From contig FLMG01003710.1 of the NCBI GenBank assembly GCA_900088475.1, forward strand, positions 62,001-126,000: 64,000 nt of DNA, written 5' to 3'. The notes under the pieces were generated by a model. That model was not told the origin of the DNA and did no database searches. It saw nothing but the letters and a program-made list of their open reading frames with translations. This document shows positions 27,031 to 38,730 of this stretch, one piece after another. A program made the position numbers and the translations under genes. Each line of letters begins with the position of its first letter. Position 1 is the stretch's first letter. This DNA is from Hyphochytrium catenoides. Its lineage: Eukaryota; Protista; Hyphochytriomycota.

Positions 27031-27320
27031 CTCTCTCCTCACTCTCTCTCTCTCTCTTTCCTTCTCTCACCCTCCTCTCTCTGTCTCGCTCGCTCCCTGT
27101 TGTCAATCAAGACAGCCTTCCCAACCAGCTCAACTTTTTCAGGACCTTCTCTCCTCTGATTCTTGGCTTTCTGTGGCCTTTGCCTCTCTCTCCCTCCCCC
27201 AGTCTCTCTCTCTCCCCCTCTGTCTCCATTCTTATTCCCTCTGCCCTCTTCTCTCCCTTTTCTCTCTTGATCTCTTCTCTCTCTTTCCTCTCTGGCTCTC
27301 TGTCCTCTCTCTGTGTGTTT
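27031..27320. repeat. CT-rich low-complexity tract
   Basis: Imperfect (CT)n. Confidence 0.85.
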
Positions 27321-27673
27321 GCTTCCTCCCGTCGTCCTCTATCTCGGAGGTCATAAATGTAACATCCAAGAACCTTCCCCTTCGCTCGCCCAAGGGAGGG
27401 AACTCCCCTTCCTTCTCTGTCTGGGAGGAGATCATGATGAGCTCGGTCGTTTTGATAAGTTGAAGCTCTGTCACTGACTAACCCCGTCACGAAGCGGGAA
27501 GGAAGAGAGAAGCTGGGAGGAAGAACAGCAACTGATCGTCTTGGCAACTCTGAAGATTTTGCTCTTCTTCTCTCTCAAGCTCTATCAGCACGTAAGAGGC
27601 GGGATCATCAAGCAGACGGACGCTGCTGTGAAGGCCAACACGGACTCCTAACTTGCAGATCGCTTCTTTAGCT

Positions 27674-28673
27674 ATGGCGTGGACGGAGGGCCGTCAAGAA
27701 GTTCCGCTCTTTAGGAACCTGGCTGTGGATATATTCGCGGCTGGAGGCTCGGCACTATTAGTCTCTCCATTTATCACCATTGTTGACCGGTAGGGTCGCC
27801 CGCTCCGTCCTTCTTTCGCTCCCGCTTCCGTAAGCCAATGCAGATTGCTAGACGCTACTCCTTGCGCCTGGCTGCCGGATTTCCTTTGCTATGAGTTAGC
27901 CTCTAACCATTATCTTTATCCCCATTCTGCCTAGCTCCATCACGGAGAATGCTGCAAGAACCAAACGATTGTACACTGGCCTGGCGGAGTACTCCGAATC
28001 CTTCGTCCGGCACCCACTAAAGTTCATTCAAAGACGCGAGTTCCAGCTCATTTATGGGCTATACTTCTCTACCTACGTGACTGCTAACGCTATTGACTCC
28101 ACCTATGAAGCACTCGGTCGAGACAGTCAGTGGCCGAAGTTCTTTGGCACAACGGCTGTCAATTTATCCCTGTGCGTGCTGAAGGATAGAGCATTTGCCA
28201 GAATGTTTGGGGTGGGCGCTCCTCGAGGCCTTCCCTCTCTCTCCTACCTTTTGTTTGCTCTCAGAGATAGTCTAACTATTGCGGCGGCTTTCAATCTTCC
28301 TACACTTTTTGAGTCTCGGCTCAGAAAGATGGAGTGGGAGGACAGGAGCGCCGTTATGACCGCGCAGCTTCTATCTCCTTGCGCTGTACAGTTTGCATCA
28401 ACCCCTCTTCATCTGATGGGCTTGGACCTATACAATCATCCTGCTCACACTGTGAGAGAAAGAATAACCTTTATTAGAGGCGAGTATCTGAAGAGCACGC
28501 TTGCTCGCATTGGAAGGATAGGGCCCGCCTTCGGCTTTGGCGGCATTGGGAACCGCTATCTGCGCTTCAAAGGGAGGACGGTCATGGCAAGCGCTCCATC
28601 TGTGCAGCCTACTATGAAGCCAACATACAAGAATGAGACTGATACCAGAGGAAGGATGCTATCTCGGCCCTAG
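27674..28673 (+). CDS. Conserved uncharacterised multi-pass membrane protein (resembles the S. pombe C365.16-like mitochondrial family), 2 exons
   Basis: MAWTE...LVSPFITIVDR|SITENA...YFSTYVTAN...KDRAFARMFG...FALRDSLTIAAAFNLP...PCAVQFASTPLHLMGLDLYN...ARIGRIGPAFGFGGIGN. Family recalled from motifs. Confidence 0.75.
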
Positions 28674-29256
28674 TTTGCTTAAACCGGTCATTTGTCCACC
28701 TTGTGACCGTGGTTTCCTCTTCCCCCGTTTCCTAGTCTGACTTCCAGCCCTCCAAATCAGACGCAGGTCCTTCTTTATCTCCCGTTTTGCCCTTAGTGGG
28801 ACGATGTTGCCACGAAGGTGCCGTCTTCATCGCTGTCTCTTCTTCCCTTTTGTCCCTGTGGGCGACTAGTGCAGTTGGCCCAGATTGTAACTAAATAAAC
28901 CCTCTGCGAGATGACTTTTATAAACACGATGACCCTAGGAAAACGTCCTGCAATTGAGGCTTCCGTCCCCTCTTCTACCATTAGTTCCTCTCTATCGCCT
29001 AGCTAGCCATCGACTACGCAGGCTGACCTGACATAACGTTGACACATACGAAAGCCCTATTGATGATTAAAGGAGAGGCAACTATTAGCCATCATTATCT
29101 CAAAGACGCGGAGGACTAGTTTCCTTACAAGGCCTCGCTTGATAGTGAACTCTTTCGGCAGCGAAGTCCTCAACCAATCTGGCTACCTCTAGTGCGACCC
29201 AGTCGCCGTGCTAGGCACCGCTGCTAACTTCAGTGATGGTTTGAGGAGCTGCGCTC

Positions 29257-30261
29257 TCAATCTTCCTCACTATCTGAGCCAAACAATCCCAAGCCAGTTC
29301 GTCGACGCTTAGACCTCTCCTTCTGGTCCGAATTCCAAGGGCTGTCCCTCATTTCCCGATGTCTGGATGCTCTCCCGGAACAGGAAGAGTCTTTGCAAAG
29401 CGAGGAACATAGACCGTCAGAGCAGGAACATGGCGAGGAAGATTGACCACAAAGGACATCCTTGTCTTCCGCCTGTCTTCCAGTGCGTTTTCCCTGCTGT
29501 GCCAATGCTTGCTCCAGATCTGCCACCTTATTACTGATTGTTGCCAATGTCAGATGGTCCTTGCGGCTCTTGGACTCCAGGACCGATATCCTATGCCGTA
29601 GCTGATCAATCTTTCTTCCGCTTTCCTGCTTGCTCTGCAGACATTGATACAGGGCTGAGTCCAATAAAACATCTTTCTTGCAGTCCTTTATGTGAGAAAC
29701 GTAGTCCTGTCGTTTACCTCTCCACACACAGATGCCTAGCGCTGAGCGCGGACATTTTACGATTGCAGCTGGACAATCTCTCTCGTAGTGCGTCTTTCGA
29801 GAAGCGAGCGGGACTACCAGGCCACATCTCATGCATGGCCGCGGACACGACTTGAGATGTTCCTTGAATAGCCTCCTTTCCACAATGCAGCCGCTTGACG
29901 TACATCGCACCATCAAGCCGTCCATCAACGCTACTCTCTCAGGGCAGAGCTTCGCCACAAGACCTGAAAGTCCCGTCTTCTTGCAGCAGGGACAGGAGCG
30001 CTCTACCCTAAACCAAGCTTTAAGGCAGGCCTCACAGAAAGTGCGGTGCCCGCACTCTGGCACACTTCGAGGCTCGTAAGCAAGTCGATGGCAAATGATG
30101 CAAAGGTAATCACTGTGAGCAGCCTCGTCGCTCCTTTCATATTCAAAGCTGAGCTCACTAGGCGTCTCATTTGATAGTGACCCCTCTTCATCTCCAGAGA
30201 GCTTCTCAACGATGGGAGTAAGGTAGGAGAAGAAGTCTGAAGGCAGATTGTGCAAGGCCAT
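29257..30261 (-). CDS. RING-finger + TRAF-type zinc finger + coiled-coil protein (putative E3 ligase), intronless, no MATH domain
   Basis: CIICH...ECGHRTFCEACL...CPCC (C3HC4 RING); HLKSC, CMRC...HYERDC, KCP...C...HIKDC (TRAF-like fingers); coiled coil; C-terminal KRRR. Confidence 0.88.
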   Translation of the reverse strand: MALHNLPSDFFSYLTPIVEKLSGDEEGSLSNETPSELSFEYERSDEAAHSDYLCIICHRLAYEPRSVPECGHRTFCEACLKAWFRVERSCPCCKKTGLSGLVAKLCPERVALMDGLMVRCTSSGCIVERRLFKEHLKSCPRPCMRCGLVVPLASRKTHYERDCPAAIVKCPRSALGICVWRGKRQDYVSHIKDCKKDVLLDSALYQCLQSKQESGRKIDQLRHRISVLESKSRKDHLTLATISNKVADLEQALAQQGKRTGRQAEDKDVLCGQSSSPCSCSDGLCSSLCKDSSCSGRASRHREMRDSPWNSDQKERSKRRRTGLGLFGSDSEED

Positions 30262-30296
30262 TGTTTGTTGGCTAGCTACTATTAGAGTTCTTACGT

Positions 30297-31828
30297 TTGC
30301 TGGAAGTTAAGCACTCAGCTCAGTCTGCGGAAGAGCGAGGATTCCAGTGTGAATGGGAGAGAGGAAGCAGCGTGCTAACTAGAACTTCTGGTATGGCGCC
30401 AGACAACAAGGACTGCTCTATCCAAAGAGTTCATTTCCGCGGGATGTTCAGGACGACAGATGAAGGCAGCCACTTGATGACGCTCTTATTAGGCATTTAA
30501 GTGGCAGACCTTTGCTCCCTTCCTTGTCTGCGCTCCATCTTACCTCTCGCACTAAACGAGGAAGACTGCGAACCAACGATAGAGCTCAAGACAACAAGCT
30601 CAACCCATCGAACAAACAGCGGCTTTCAGCTTAACTTCGACTCCATACGCGTAATCAAGAAACAAGCAGCTGCACCCGTCCTTAAACCATTCACCTCTTC
30701 TTCTCCGAGCAAACCCCGCCCACCACCAGACGGAAAAGACGACGATGAGAGCCCAGCCAAAAGAAGACGAAGCCTACTGCTTCAGGGTATCTAGGAAAAA
30801 TACTGACAACTACTCCGTGCCTAAACCATTAACATCGTCTTTTCCGTCTGGTGGTGGGCGGGGTTTTGCTCGGGGAAGAGGTGAATGGTTTAAGAACGGG
30901 CGCAGCTGCTTGTTTCTTTATTACGCGTATGGAGTCGAAGTTAAGCTGAAAGCCGCTGTTTGTTCGGTGGGTTGAGCTTGGTGTCTTGAGCTTTATCGTT
31001 GGTTCGCTGCTTGTTTCTTTATTATGCGTATGAAAGTCGCGATCAAGACCGCGACAACAGGAAAAAGAGAAGGTTGTCTACGTGTACCTTGGCCCACGGC
31101 GGACGCACCAACTCCAAGCTTACGCAGCGCCACTGTCTCCATTCTCCATCGCCAGCGCTTCCACAGCCCGCTGCACTGTTATAAAGATGGTACGAGCACA
31201 GGCACAGAGAGTACTAGATCTGGAGGGAGGAGGACTAGCGGCCTAATGCGACGAGGAGAGTCGACATCCTCCGAGGTCAACTTAGATGATGACGAGGCGG
31301 CATGGGCAGGAAAGGGCAGGCTGCTAGTGCAGACAGAGAGACAATGAAGAAGAAACTCCAGTTGGACCCGAATATAGTGTGCCCGCGGCGAATCTAACAC
31401 GAACCTCTGTAAGAATATCGTGGATATCTCAGCAGCCCCCAAACTAGCAGCCGGATCCTTTCATGACTCCTAAAGTAACACCTACGGCAGGCCTGAAGCT
31501 TGTCAGAACTTCATCATGCAGAAGAGATCCTCGTCCTAGGCTTCACTCAGGTCGAAGCAGCTGAGAGAATCTCATCGTAGTCGCCTCAGCTGAGAAGGTA
31601 AATGGTGCATGGATGTTTAGTAAATGCTTTGAAGGCAGCATTACGGACCGAGGAAGCTCCCTATGGGCCCCAACACGCCTTACTGCTGACATTATGCATC
31701 CCGTCCAGGGGCAACCATTTGCAGCACCAGTGGATTGCTGCTGGTGGACTGCTAGAGGCAACTATCAACTGCGAGGAATGCTAGGCGAGGATCTAGGCGA
31801 GAGACCAGCTTGGCAGGTTGTGACATGA
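30297..31828 (+). pseudogene. Disrupted coding-like sequence of unknown origin containing an inverted duplication
   Basis: ORFs 30297-30500 and 30501-30794 are in the same frame, separated by one TAA. Further protein-like fragments with stops and frameshifts extend to ~31828. Confidence 0.4.
30568..31007. repeat. Long inverted repeat (arms 30568-30742 and 30835-31007; 92-nt spacer)
   Basis: Manual reverse-complement alignment shows about 7 substitutions and 2 small indels over ~175 bp. Confidence 0.97.
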
Positions 31829-31936
31829 CGAGTGCTACAATTAAATATCATAAATAAGCAACGACTAACGCCTCGTGGTGTAAAGCATCTCCTCTGAGGT
31901 CTCTTCTCTAGTGTGCCCTTTCCGCCGCTCATTTAG

Positions 31937-34900
31937 CTAGAGCTCTACCAGGTGATCGACCTCTCTGGGCAGAGAAGACTCTACGTAGGAAAAGTTCTCG
32001 AAGTGTCCATCCGAAGGGCGGATGCCTAACATTGACTGCTTGCCTGTAGGAGAGTCAACTGGCTCCATGGATTGGAAGAGCTGTGGCGTGTAGTTCGTGT
32101 CCTCCTCGCTCGTGACCTGAGGGACGAAGGGAGGCTGCACCTCCCTTTTAAGCAGTTTATCCCAGTTGATCGAGTCGTAGAAAGGATGCTGCATAATCTC
32201 TGCTCCTCCCTCGGGACCGCCACCCAGACGCTTGGCAGGATCGCGAATAAGGAGTTTGCTGCAGGAAGAAGTTTGTAAGGGGTCGAAGCAGCGACAGAGA
32301 TCCAACAGGAATAGAGATCACGGTAGGCGCGGGCATACGGTATCCATGCAGTGGTCAAGCCAGAGCTTGTACAGCGCCAGGGGACAGAGAGAAGAGGAAA
32401 GCCACAATGCGTACGTGAAAGATGAGAGGACTGGAGGGTGAGAAGCATACAATGTCAGGGAGAGAGTCGCATTGTGAAGTTTCAAATGGAACCAAAGAGA
32501 GCTTGGAGGAAGGCGCAGGTAGAGGACAGAAGTACACAGACGAGGCATGAGCTACGATACCTGATGAGATCCCTGCAGACAGGAGAGATGTAGGAGGGAT
32601 ACGCGGCTTCTGAGCTGACAATATTCTTGAACATCTGACGTCGGTTTCTGTCCACGAAAGGCGTCCGCCCTGTCAGCATCTCAAAGACAAGGATCCCATA
32701 AGACCACCAGTCCACCACTTTTCCATAGGGTTGATGTCGCAAGAGCTCCGGTGCCTTGCAGGACAAGAAGAGAGCGGGATTTGACGGACGTGAGACGAGC
32801 TGTTGAGAGGGAAGTACCGCTATGAACGATAGATAGCAGACGATCGCCAAGACACAGAGCAAGTGAATGAGAGAGAGGACTTCTATTTCGACTAATGACT
32901 GCCCTCTCTTGTGTCTTACCATGTACTCGGCAGTGCCACATATCGTCCTCATGCCCTCGCTCTCGCCCTGGCCCAAGTTGTTCTCCTTTGACAGACCGAA
33001 GTCGGTGAGTGAGATGTGGCCATCCTTATCCATAAGGATGTTCTCCAGCTTCAGATCTCTGTAGGCAATGTTCTTCCCGTGCAGGTGAATAAGGGCCGTA
33101 AGTAGCTCTGCGCCGTAGAGACGTGTCCTGGCTTCTGAAAAGCGCTTGCTCTTTCTTAAGTGATAGAAGAGAGAACCGCCAGGATAGTAGTCCATGACCA
33201 AGTAGAGCTTGTCAGGGCTCTGAAAGGCATACCGAAGGCGGACAATGAATGGATGATCGATCTCCTTTAGGATGTGCTGCTCTGCCTTGGTGTTCTCCAC
33301 CTAACAAGTGACAGTCAGTTGACATTTAAAGAAATAGGCAAAGGGAAGAGCAACAGATCTGGCGTAAGCGGAAAACAAATGGTGCCACTGTATAGCCGAA
33401 GAGCAGGACCAAAGCACAAAGATAGAGATTGGACACAAGAGCGAAATGAGAGAAAGAAAATGAGAGAGGGTAGGACGGGAGAAAGAGAAAGAAAGAGAGA
33501 GAGAGAGGGAGGGAGAGAGAGAGAGGAAATGTGCGCCCAACCTGATCATTCTTGATGATGTGACTCTTCTTCAAAATCTTCATCGCATACACGCTGCCTG
33601 CATTCTTGCCAGCTTTCTTTCTGACCAACAGCACTTTCCCGAACGCTCCTCTGCCCACCACCTTCATTAGATCAAAGTCGTCAGGAGTCAGAGGCTTTTG
33701 AGGTTGTCTTCTCTTCTCTGGTGGAAGACGCGCTTCGCTCTGCCGAATCATATCTTCAACCTGCGGTAACAGAGGGCATTGCCAGAGGTAACCCGACCAG
33801 GGATATGGGAGATCATTAGCGTGCGGGCAATCAGAGGAGTGCGTCTCCTTGTAGGCTTGTGACGGTCAGAGAAAGAAGGAGACGGACCCACATGCGTTTG
33901 AAGAAGAACGAAAAGAAAGGTCATTGGAGAGAAGGAGGGGTATCCATCATCACAAGGACGGGTGTTCGTTCTCTCAGATTTTAAGCATCGGCCAATGAAT
34001 GGTTGCCCATCGGCCTCCTTTAGCCGAGAGAATGTAATCATATGGATGATATCTTGGTTCAAATAGCATAAGAGAAGACAGAGAGATTGGAGCCGGCTGG
34101 AAGCGAGATTATAGCTTACATGATCGACTACTGCCTTGTCGTTGCCCTGCATAGTGACCTGCATCTCGTAGCACGCCTTACAAATCCTCTGTGGCTCTTC
34201 GAAGCCAGGAAGGAATAGACGGTCGGAGCAGCTCGTGCAAACATTACGTAGACATAACCGACATTGATGCTTCCTCTGTCCTCGGAAGGAATCATTGCAG
34301 AGGTAGCACATGCTGTCTTCAGCGGGATTGGGGGACAAGGTCCCATTGAGCATGCCAACTGATCGACAAACAAGGAGAACGAATGCAGCAATGAGTACGA
34401 CAAAGAAGAAGCCGGCGGCAAAGAGAGGAAGATGAAGAAGACTGAGCTCACAGAAAGAGAGAGACAGACAGACAGAGAGAGAGAGAGAGAGAAAGGAGAG
34501 AGAGGCAGGGAGAGAGAGAAAAGGGTATATCGAAAGAGAATGAGGTTCACCATTCTGAGGCTCAATGGGTCCATAATTCTGCCGCACGGCAGCCTGCTCC
34601 TTTTGACTGACGAATGTGTCATGCAGCCACTCAACAGTAAGCTCGACCTCCGTATTGCTTTTCTGCATCCTGCCGCCGTTGTCTTGCTTGAGAGGATACC
34701 ACTTTTTCTCAGGCTTGCTCTGAGTGATCCTTAGCATTTGGATTACGTTCTGACCTAGCACCTTAGAGCCTAGAGAACGAACAAGCGAACAAGTAAGCAG
34801 CGCATGACAGAGGCAGACAGGGAGACGAAGTGAGCAACGAAGCGAGCGGGGAGCCTCCTTGAGCGAGTACTATCGACATAAGATGGCTAACTAGAGCACC

Positions 34901-37520
34901 CGTAGTAGAGAGAAGCAGTAGGAGACCAGCGAGAGAAGGAAGGCAATGCCAATACGACGGTGCAGCGTGATATGGCTGTCTTACCTGTGAAGCCTCTATC
35001 CTTGACCTGAATGACAACCGCCGCTTCTCCATTGGACACTGGGAATGTGAAGGTCTGGTTCCAGTCGGGATTCATGCTCTTCTGCTGCCAGGGCGCCGTT
35101 TCTCTCTTTTGTCCCCCACAGAAGATGGCTACAAACGGACTGTTGACAGCTGGCACGTTGAGCTTCGTGCGCCCGATAGTCACTATAAGCTTATTGGGAC
35201 ATGTGGCTTGCAATGCCCTTTGTGCCTCCTACAGGAACCACGAAGAGAGATAAAAGAGACAGAGTACCGATGAGAAAAAGAGAGGGCCATAAAATTCCCC
35301 AGGTGATCAGCCGCAGTGCTCTGAGTCGCTGGACCGGACAACTCTCGCCTATCGTCCCGCCAAATGAAGGATTGGAAGATTGATCGCCCCCTAATCTGGG
35401 TCTTAAGATTGCGAGTGTAGGTGGCTCACGAAAAAGGAAGATATCGAGGTGCAAAAGTCAAGATCTGAGCTGTGCCAACAGCGTTTTAATGTGTTACGCC
35501 ACAGCCCTGCCGTGCTCCTGAGCCTAATCCCTTGCTGCTTACCTTCATGCCTTGCCTACAAGCCTCTAAAAAGACAAATGTGGAGTTTTGCATCGCCGCC
35601 ACAGTCCACGCGAAGTTCTCGCTCTTATCATTAGTATACCCGGACGACAGCGTCAGGCACCCCTTCACCTCTTCCTCGCGGGGCACCGGACAGAACATGC
35701 GAAGGTTCGTGCTTTTGAAGTTCACTGCTGAGTCACTGAGGAAGGAACGTAGCCACTCGGAGTCGGAAGGCTTGACCTGACCAGAGCCACGAGAGACAAA
35801 CAGAAAGAAGGCTCAACAATAGGAGAGAGAAAAGTAACGAAGATATGGCAGGTGAGCAAGGAAGGAAGGTAGACGAAGAGCCTATTCAGACAACTCCGAC
35901 TTCTATGAAAAGAATGGGTAGAGAAGAAGGGCTAACTCAAAAGACCAGCGCAGCCCCGCTCCGAAGATCCGTTATTACCTGATGTGTAGACTCCAGAAAC
36001 ACTACCGCGGAGATCCGCTTTCTCAATGAGACGTCAAAATTCTGAAACACCGGTTTGAACGAGCAGAGAGCCCGGGACATGTGCGGACAAAAGAGAAAGC
36101 GAAAGAATAAGGAAAGAGGCAACGCAGAGACCTGTTAGACCTACAGAATATCTTCATCGGTGGAGAGCAAGCAGCTCTTGATAGAGCATGAAGGTCTAAA
36201 GCCACTGCCTCTCACCTCTAAAAGGTCCTTCACCAGGACGCCTCCATTATAGAAGGCAATAAAACTGATCTTATCCGCCTTCGCCGGGCGGATGTATTGA
36301 CTAAAAACGTAGGACGCATGCTCCCACGGCGTCGATGATGAAGGAATGGGGACTGGGACTCCATTGTCATTGACCAGGTTGGTACCTACAGCCGTGAACC
36401 CAATTTAGAAAATTAATATTTAAAGAATGCTAGCAGCATGGATACTCAGACAAAAGCGCATCAAAGGCAGGCGTGAACAATAAGTAGCGCCAGGCGGCAG
36501 AAGAGTGGATTTCAATGCGTATACCCACCTGGGTTCAGGATTATGATGCCATAATTATTCTGCAAAGCAAGCTCTAAATATGGCAGCATTGACCCGGCCT
36601 GACCGTACCGCAAAGCCAAAGGCCGGCCCCATAGTCCGGGCTGAATACCTGAAAAGGAATACGTGAAGTTAGCAATCTTCAGGAGGAGCATGACATGGGC
36701 TTTGAAGTGAGGAGTCTGGACCCGATGGATCGCTCACACTGGGTCCGATACGCCCGACTCTGGCTCAACAGCTCGGGCGACAACTTACCTCTGCTTGTCT
36801 GAACAAAGACAAGCAGTTTAGAGCAGACCGAGTAGTCTGGACTAGCGAAAATACTGCACTTGGCTTTGGCATCAGCATTAGGTATCCAGATCTCTCTCAT
36901 TCCCAGTTCCTGTTTCATTTTCTTTTGTACGCGAAGAGTGAGCTCCGAGAGGGCCTGCAGCTGCTCAGGAGTGAGAGAGCTTGCTCCTCGCTCTTGAGAC
37001 TGCGGCCGCGCTCGTGCCCGGTCCGGGCGGAAGTCTTGTCTCCCTGCGAGTGCGTCCGGACAAAGGAGACAAGTCAAGGGACGGAGAACGATGCAGAAAC
37101 TAGAAGCCTTGCGAACATAGAAGCCCAGACGGGAGAAACACGTTCCACCATCACACAGAACCGCTCAACGCTTATTTGACTTCGGCAAGCGCTATCTCAA
37201 GGAGATGTGCATGAGAATTTGGATAGAGAAGGGAAGTCTATGGACAACCCAGGACAGACATTGAGAGTAGCACGAAGACCAAGACGAGCGACGCTGAGAC
37301 GAGCCAAAGAGAGGTGATTTAGTGACAGGCTAACGGATACGTCACAGGGATAACAAGAAGCCGCAGACAACAAAGGCTTCATAAGGGCACCAGATTAGCG
37401 CCGTCAGCCCGTCACCGTAGAAGGTAAATCTCCTTCCATGAGCTGCTCAGAGGCATGGAACTTACCCATTGTATTCGGCGCGCGACGAGGGTCCCCACGC
37501 ACGCCATTGGGACGGTTCAT
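31937..37520 (-). CDS. Multi-domain AGC kinase: Arb2/FAM172A-like domain - C2 - FYVE-type finger - Akt/SGK-like kinase - AGC C-terminal tail
   Basis: Kinase: GRGAFGKV, YAMKILKK, YRDLKLEN, DFG, TICGTAEYMAPE, DWWSYG, PPFVP and hydrophobic motif FENFSY. FYVE-type: CYLC..F..RKHQCRLC...VC..CS...RICKAC. C2: NPDWNQTFTF...IQVKD. Arb2-like exons at 37043-35543. The kinase is certain; the fusion rests on a phase-0 intron at 35229-35542. Confidence 0.85.
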
Positions 37521-38005
37521 AGTTAGGCCCTTGTCCAACTCTCTCTTTTAGTTCCAGCCCAAAATTATCCTGTCGACATGGGTCCTAATCCTGCAGCTTC
37601 TATCCTGCCAGACGTAGAAGGTGGTATAACTCTCACTTCCTCTTTGTTCCGGCTCACCGGTCACGGAGCGTACGTAGTCTTGGGAAGATCTCCCCTTGGG
37701 CTCAAGCGCAAGAGTAGAGATGCCCGCAGCCAACGGCAACGGGAGCACGGAGCAAAGTTCGTCGCTAAGCAACCTTCAGGTTCACGATACAGCTCCGACC
37801 TCCTCCAAAGAGAGTCTCCTTTAGTTAAAACAGGCGATATAAGGTGCCGAAGTCCAGGCCCAAACGCTTTCTCTTTTTGCAGTAGAAGAAGAGAAAAGAG
37901 CGTCTACCCGACACAGAGAGATTGAGGAGGAAAAGACAGATAGATGGAAAGGTGACCGAAGTCCGACGCTATAAGAAGCGCCGTGCGAGGCTAGCGAGTA
38001 GAGTC

Positions 38006-38006
<1 letters not shown>

Positions 38007-38063
<57 letters not shown>

Positions 38064-38554
38064 GTCTCCCCTTGCCTCTATTATAGCATTGTCGGTCTCT
38101 GTCTTGACGGAGACGCGAGATGCGATGGAGCGGGCGCGGAAGCCTTAAAGTTCCCAGAGGTAGTGGCAAGAAGCCCAGAGAGACAGAGTTAGAACGAGCG
38201 CGAGAGCTCACAGAAAGCAACCAGAAGTGAGAGAGACAAAAGATAGACACAGAGAGAGAGAGAGAGAGAGAGAGAGGACCGGAAGCGAGTTGACAGAAAT
38301 ATACAGTAACGAGAGGACAGGAAGAGGAACTAACTGCAGGCAAGACAGAGCCCGGTTGAGAGGAGGAGGGTCAGGGAAGGTCAAGGAGTGAGGTGCAGAT
38401 AGACAGAGCCTCAAAGAGAGAGAGAAAAGTCGAGAGATGAGATATGGCTGGAACCTGCCCACCTCGCATTTCGCAACGCCCTCACTTCCTCTCTCTCTCC
38501 TCCTCCTGTCCCTCTCTTATTCTGTCCTCTCTCTGTACGTCGTTCCTCTCTGTA

Positions 38555-38586
<32 letters not shown>

Positions 38587-38730
38587 GGTCTCTGTCTCTG
38601 TCTGTCTCATCTCTCTCTCTCTCTCCTCTTCACTCTTCTGTCCTTACTTTGTCTCTGTTTATACTCACTGCCCAATCTCTCCCTATTCTTTCTCTCTTCC
38701 AATCCTCTATCTCATCGTGTCTCTTTCTCA
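38007..38730. repeat. (TC)n/(GA)n microsatellite-rich tract, probably 5'UTR introns of the kinase gene
   Basis: (TC)n at 38007-38055, (AG)n at ~38250-38276, CT-rich at 38485-38730; minus-strand donor-like CAG|GTAATT near 38751. Confidence 0.8.
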
